Of a stretch of 28,908 nt of DNA, positions 25,493 through 28,908 are shown one piece after another (the first letter of the stretch is position 1; the number at the start of each line of letters is the position of its first letter). A program made the translations under genes and the position numbers. The notes below the pieces were generated by a model. It was given only the letters and a program-made list of their open reading frames with translations, made no database searches and was not told the DNA's origin. This DNA comes from Candidatus Helarchaeota ASGARD archaeon Hel_GB_B (GTDB taxonomy: Archaea; Asgardarchaeota; Lokiarchaeia; Helarchaeales; HEL-GB-B): the NCBI GenBank assembly GCA_005191425.1, contig SUPR01000040.1:1-28908 (forward strand). Reading direction: 5' to 3'.

Positions 25493-25520
25493 CTAATTTT
25501 TTAAACACCTAATTTTTTAA
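25482..25520. repeat. 16-bp tandem duplication (about 2.4 copies of AAACACCTAATTTTTT) covering the RBS/start of the acyltransferase gene
   Basis: Read directly: 25487-25502 is identical to 25503-25518, and both copies carry AGGTG on the minus strand. Confidence 0.9.
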
Positions 25521-25559
25521 TTTTAAATATATTATGGACATGAATAATCTCAAATTATT

Positions 25560-25645
25560 AGCAAATTTGCAATTTTTTGATTATTTTTTGAAATTTAGAC
25601 TTAATTTATCCACTGAAATTTAAATCTTTCCTTTGCAAATATGCA
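25560..25645. promoter_or_regulatory. Candidate operator pair: AGCAAATTTGCA (25560-25571) and TGCAAATATGCA (25634-25645)
   Basis: Two near-palindromic (T/A)GCA-N4-TGCA sites, 10/12 identical and 74 bp apart, in the GC-poor region between the operon and a divergent regulator. Function is inferred only. Confidence 0.35.
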
Positions 25646-26297
25646 CATTTTGATTTCTTAAATATTTTATTTTTTTATAATATTTGTAAATTTTCTTAAA
25701 ATAATTTTCACAAAAATAAGCAGTATCTCAAACTTTAATGGTAATTTAATGTTTTTTTTCTTATTCTCAATAACGACTAAATAAAAAATAAATAAGATAA
25801 ACATCAAATCTGAATAATTACTAATTTTCAGGACTTATTAATCTTTTTTAGTATCAATTTGGTTTAATGTATTTGTATTTTTCTCAACTGATAGAAAATA
25901 TATGAGATATTATTTACATAAAAAGAATTAATTTTTAATATTGATTGTAATGTTTTGTTCTTTTTGGATAATAATTATTTATTAATTATAGGATTTCTTT
26001 AATTTGGAGCAAAATCTTACGAATAAGAAAAAATTTCAAGCAATTTTATAAGAATAATTAATTTTAATTTGTAATAAACATTTTAAATCATTTATCATCA
26101 ATATAGAAAAAAAATATTCATAAATACTTATTTCCAAAAGTTTATTCTTTTAATTTTTTTTTCTATATAGTTAGAAATAATATCATTTTATCTGAAACGA
26201 TTTTTTGACATATTATTTATTTTTTAAAAATAAAATTTAAATTATTTTAAGGTGCTCTAAATTTTAAAAAATAAATTCATTTAATCCATAAAGAATT

Positions 26298-26978
26298 GTG
26301 AGTTATTTGTCAAAAAAATCAGAAACAGAATTTAAAATTTTAAATGTATTAGAAGAAGAAGATTTAGGATTAACAATATCAGAAATTGCAGAGAGGATAG
26401 GAGTAAATAGGAATACAACTGCAAAATATTTAGAATCAATGGCTGAGAGAGACTTGATTTATAAAATAGAGAAGGGGCCCACTTCAAAATTATTCTATCC
26501 TATCCGTGTCCATAAGAAATTTTCAGATAGAGCAGATTATATGGTGAAATTTTATCAATTATTACATGAGGCATTATTTTTTAATTGGATGAAGAATGTT
26601 AAAAAAGCAAAAGAAATTGGCTACGAAATGGCAAAAGAAGCTACTAAAATTTATAAAAAACAATTTGAGAGAGTTGATATGACTTTCGAAAATATTACTA
26701 GATTAGCTGCTCTTGCTGTAGAAATAACATACCCAACTCCTAATGTACAAGCCAAAGTATATCTAACAGATGATAAAAATAGCTTTTTTTTGGAAATTAA
26801 AAATTGTATTTGTGATGGAAAAGTAAAGTATAGGTCAATTTGTGAAATTCAAATTGGTCTCCTTAAAGGAATAATTGATGAGTTTATAAAACCCGAAAGC
26901 GTCCAAGTTGAAGAAGTAGAATGTCGTTGTGATGGCTATAATTCTTGTAAATATAAAATTACAAGAGAAATTAAATAA
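26298..26978 (+). CDS. HTH + V4R (4-vinyl reductase) domain transcriptional regulator
   Basis: HTH GLTISEIAERIGVNRNTTAKYLESM; V4R-type LEIKNCIC...CEIQIGLLKGII...VEEVECRCDGYNSCKY. Confidence 0.9.
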   Translation: MSYLSKKSETEFKILNVLEEEDLGLTISEIAERIGVNRNTTAKYLESMAERDLIYKIEKGPTSKLFYPIRVHKKFSDRADYMVKFYQLLHEALFFNWMKNVKKAKEIGYEMAKEATKIYKKQFERVDMTFENITRLAALAVEITYPTPNVQAKVYLTDDKNSFFLEIKNCICDGKVKYRSICEIQIGLLKGIIDEFIKPESVQVEEVECRCDGYNSCKYKITREIK

Positions 26979-27888
26979 TGTCTTCTTTTAATTTAAAATT
27001 TATATGGGTTTTCATTTTCAATTCTTCTAACGGATAAAGTTTTAATCTAGTTGTAATATATCCACCAAGTCCGCCAATGAAATATAGAAGAAATGATGTT
27101 GCAGGAATAAATATCAATAATAAACAGATTATGAAAAAGATTCCCGAAATATCAAATAGATATATTGGATATGTAATATAGAATATTGTCTCACCAATAA
27201 TAAGAATTCCATATTGAATAAAAGCAGTAATTCTACCATTTCTTTTACTACCAGATATTAATCCTCCTATTAAAATACCAGGAGAAATAGAAACAAAAAT
27301 CATCATTTGAAGTATAAAGCACAAAAATCCAAATGCTTGGATGTCTGCTAATAATGTACCAGTTCCAATTATTGCGAGCATATTTTTAAACATTTGTAAG
27401 GATGGATTTAAAATAAAAAATGTTAGAAAAAAAGAAATAATACTCCCAACAAAAACAGATAAAAAATTCTTCCAATGATCACGGGAACTAATATATTTTT
27501 TACATAAATCATCTATAAAATATTTAAAATCTTTTGCCTTATCAGTCCTGCTAAAGTCTAAATTTTTTAAGGCAAGTTCTTTTTCAAATAAGACTAAAAA
27601 ATTTTCGAGAATTTCGTTCATAACTTTTTCTAATAATTTTACATTATCACGGACATCAACAATAGCAGCAATAGTTAATCCAGACTTATCTTTATAAAAA
27701 ATGATTCGATCACCACCAACTCGAATATTATTAAGACCTTTTCCAATTACAGCTTCAGAAAACGAGACATTTGCTGTTATAAAACCAGTTACTAATTGAT
27801 CTTGAATATCATCTCTCTTTTTTTCTAATGGAGCATAAGTATATAAGTTTGCACTAGATTCAGCGATAATGTATAATTTTTTTATCAT
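26971..27888 (-). CDS. Longin-like domain protein with about four C-terminal transmembrane helices
   Basis: N-terminal LYII...NLY...DQLVTGFITANVSFSEAV...NNIRVG...IIF...IAAIVDVRDNVKLLEKVMNEILENF follows the longin pattern common in Asgard proteins, followed by hydrophobic segments. Overlaps the convergent regulator by 8 bp. Confidence 0.75.
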   Translation of the reverse strand: MIKKLYIIAESSANLYTYAPLEKKRDDIQDQLVTGFITANVSFSEAVIGKGLNNIRVGGDRIIFYKDKSGLTIAAIVDVRDNVKLLEKVMNEILENFLVLFEKELALKNLDFSRTDKAKDFKYFIDDLCKKYISSRDHWKNFLSVFVGSIISFFLTFFILNPSLQMFKNMLAIIGTGTLLADIQAFGFLCFILQMMIFVSISPGILIGGLISGSKRNGRITAFIQYGILIIGETIFYITYPIYLFDISGIFFIICLLLIFIPATSFLLYFIGGLGGYITTRLKLYPLEELKMKTHINFKLKEDII

Positions 27889-28520
27889 TAAATTACCCGT
27901 ATCTATTTTTTATTTAGTAATAAGGACTAGCTAATAACTGAAGTTCGATACATCAAAATTGTATAGGAAATTCTATTTATAAATTTGACATATATTTTTT
28001 TATTATAAGAAAAATTATATATAAATATAGGAATAAAGCGATATTTGCATTGATCTTTCAAATCAATTATCAATTTATCATTCTTTTTATTATCATAGAA
28101 TGAGATATTATAATATTTTTCAATCAATAATAAATTCATATATAAATCAATAGTAGAAACTATAAAATTTCATTAACATTTTAATTTATAATTAAATAAA
28201 CAAAAAACTTAAACCATACCTTCACTGTTATTTACATTTTTTTTAATTCCATTTAAAATATTATAGATTTTATCTATCTTTTCATTTGTTTTTATAATTA
28301 TTTTGTTTGATTTACTTACAAAAGCTATCTAGTCGAACAAGCTTATTCTATACACTCTTTTTCGCTTGATAAAAATATTATTTGCTAAATTAACCGTTCC
28401 TACGAAAAATACAAGCAATAACGAAACCTTTTGAAAAATAAAAATAACTATCGTAATATTAATTTCAAAATAAAAAGAATATAATAAGAAAAAAAAGTTT
28501 GAAATTTTCTATTCGTAATG

Positions 28521-28908
28521 TTATTCCCATTTTATTAGATTTTTGAACCAATTTGGCATTACAAATGTAATATACATAAGAATTACATAAATAACGAACC
28601 CAAGTCGAACAATTATTGTTATAAAACCAACAATACCAGTCAATTCAAAAATGTAAGAAATAGCGACAATAATATTTCCTATACTCATAATTGCAGCTCT
28701 TTTTGATTTAGGAAGGTCATATTTTCTGACAGAAATTGCATAATAAATAAAAATAATAATTGGCAATAAAATTACTGGAAGGAGAAATGGCAAAATAATT
28801 AATGTTAATGTATTAGAATATATGATCTCACCTGAAGGATCAATATTAGGTTGATTAATTAAAATTATCCCGGCTAAAACACCCATAATTATTGCAATAA
28901 CAATACTT
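28521..28908 (-). CDS. Multi-pass membrane protein, 5'-truncated by the window edge
   Basis: The frame of the 28521..28886 ORF stays open to base 28908 (SIVIAII before the Met). Several TM-like segments and the motif KSKRAAIMSIG. Confidence 0.8.
   Translation of the reverse strand, partial: SIVIAIIMGVLAGIILINQPNIDPSGEIIYSNTLTLIILPFLLPVILLPIIIFIYYAISVRKYDLPKSKRAAIMSIGNIIVAISYIFELTGIVGFITIIVRLGFVIYVILMYITFVMPNWFKNLIKWE

Noticed and set aside
27927-28139. 70-aa ORF in the AT-rich spacer
   Set aside because: Low-complexity I/K/N/Y composition, no RBS and no recognisable motif.
1363-28520. TATA/BRE promoter and oligo-T terminator calls in the long intergenic regions
   Set aside because: At this AT content TATA-like and T-run motifs occur everywhere, so individual calls cannot be supported without transcript data.

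Overview
Very AT-rich window (roughly 25-30% GC by eye) with long intergenic gaps and archaeal-type (A/G)GGTG ribosome-binding sites. It also has a longin-like membrane protein and an HTH-V4R regulator, so I infer an Asgard archaeon (Loki/Hel-like). From left to right: a degenerate IS-like transposase at the edge; an acidic helical-repeat protein; a FabK/nitronate-monooxygenase-family flavoenzyme; a 52-aa Cys-rich ORF missed by the track; a membrane protein; an Hsp20-like protein; an ArsR-like regulator; Mrp/NBP35; a LUD-Fe-S-CCG oxidoreductase; an uncharacterised winged-helix + CorA-like gene pair; and a DUF134 / 2x MinD-ferredoxin / NifX / DUF5320-like cluster. The main highlight is a tightly coupled 7-gene minus-strand operon (25492->16587). 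It encodes a triple-domain PlsC-type acyltransferase, a LarA-family racemase, a HAD phosphatase fusion, a split three-subunit PlsA/Ger-like radical reductase (two reduction/dehydration subunits plus an ATP-dependent activase) and a 55-aa protein, and it is divergent from the HTH-V4R regulator. My hypothesis (inference, untested) is a bacterial-type acyl-ester to ether/plasmalogen lipid pathway in an archaeon. No rRNA, tRNA or CRISPR array was seen. All family calls come from motifs read by eye; no database searches were run.
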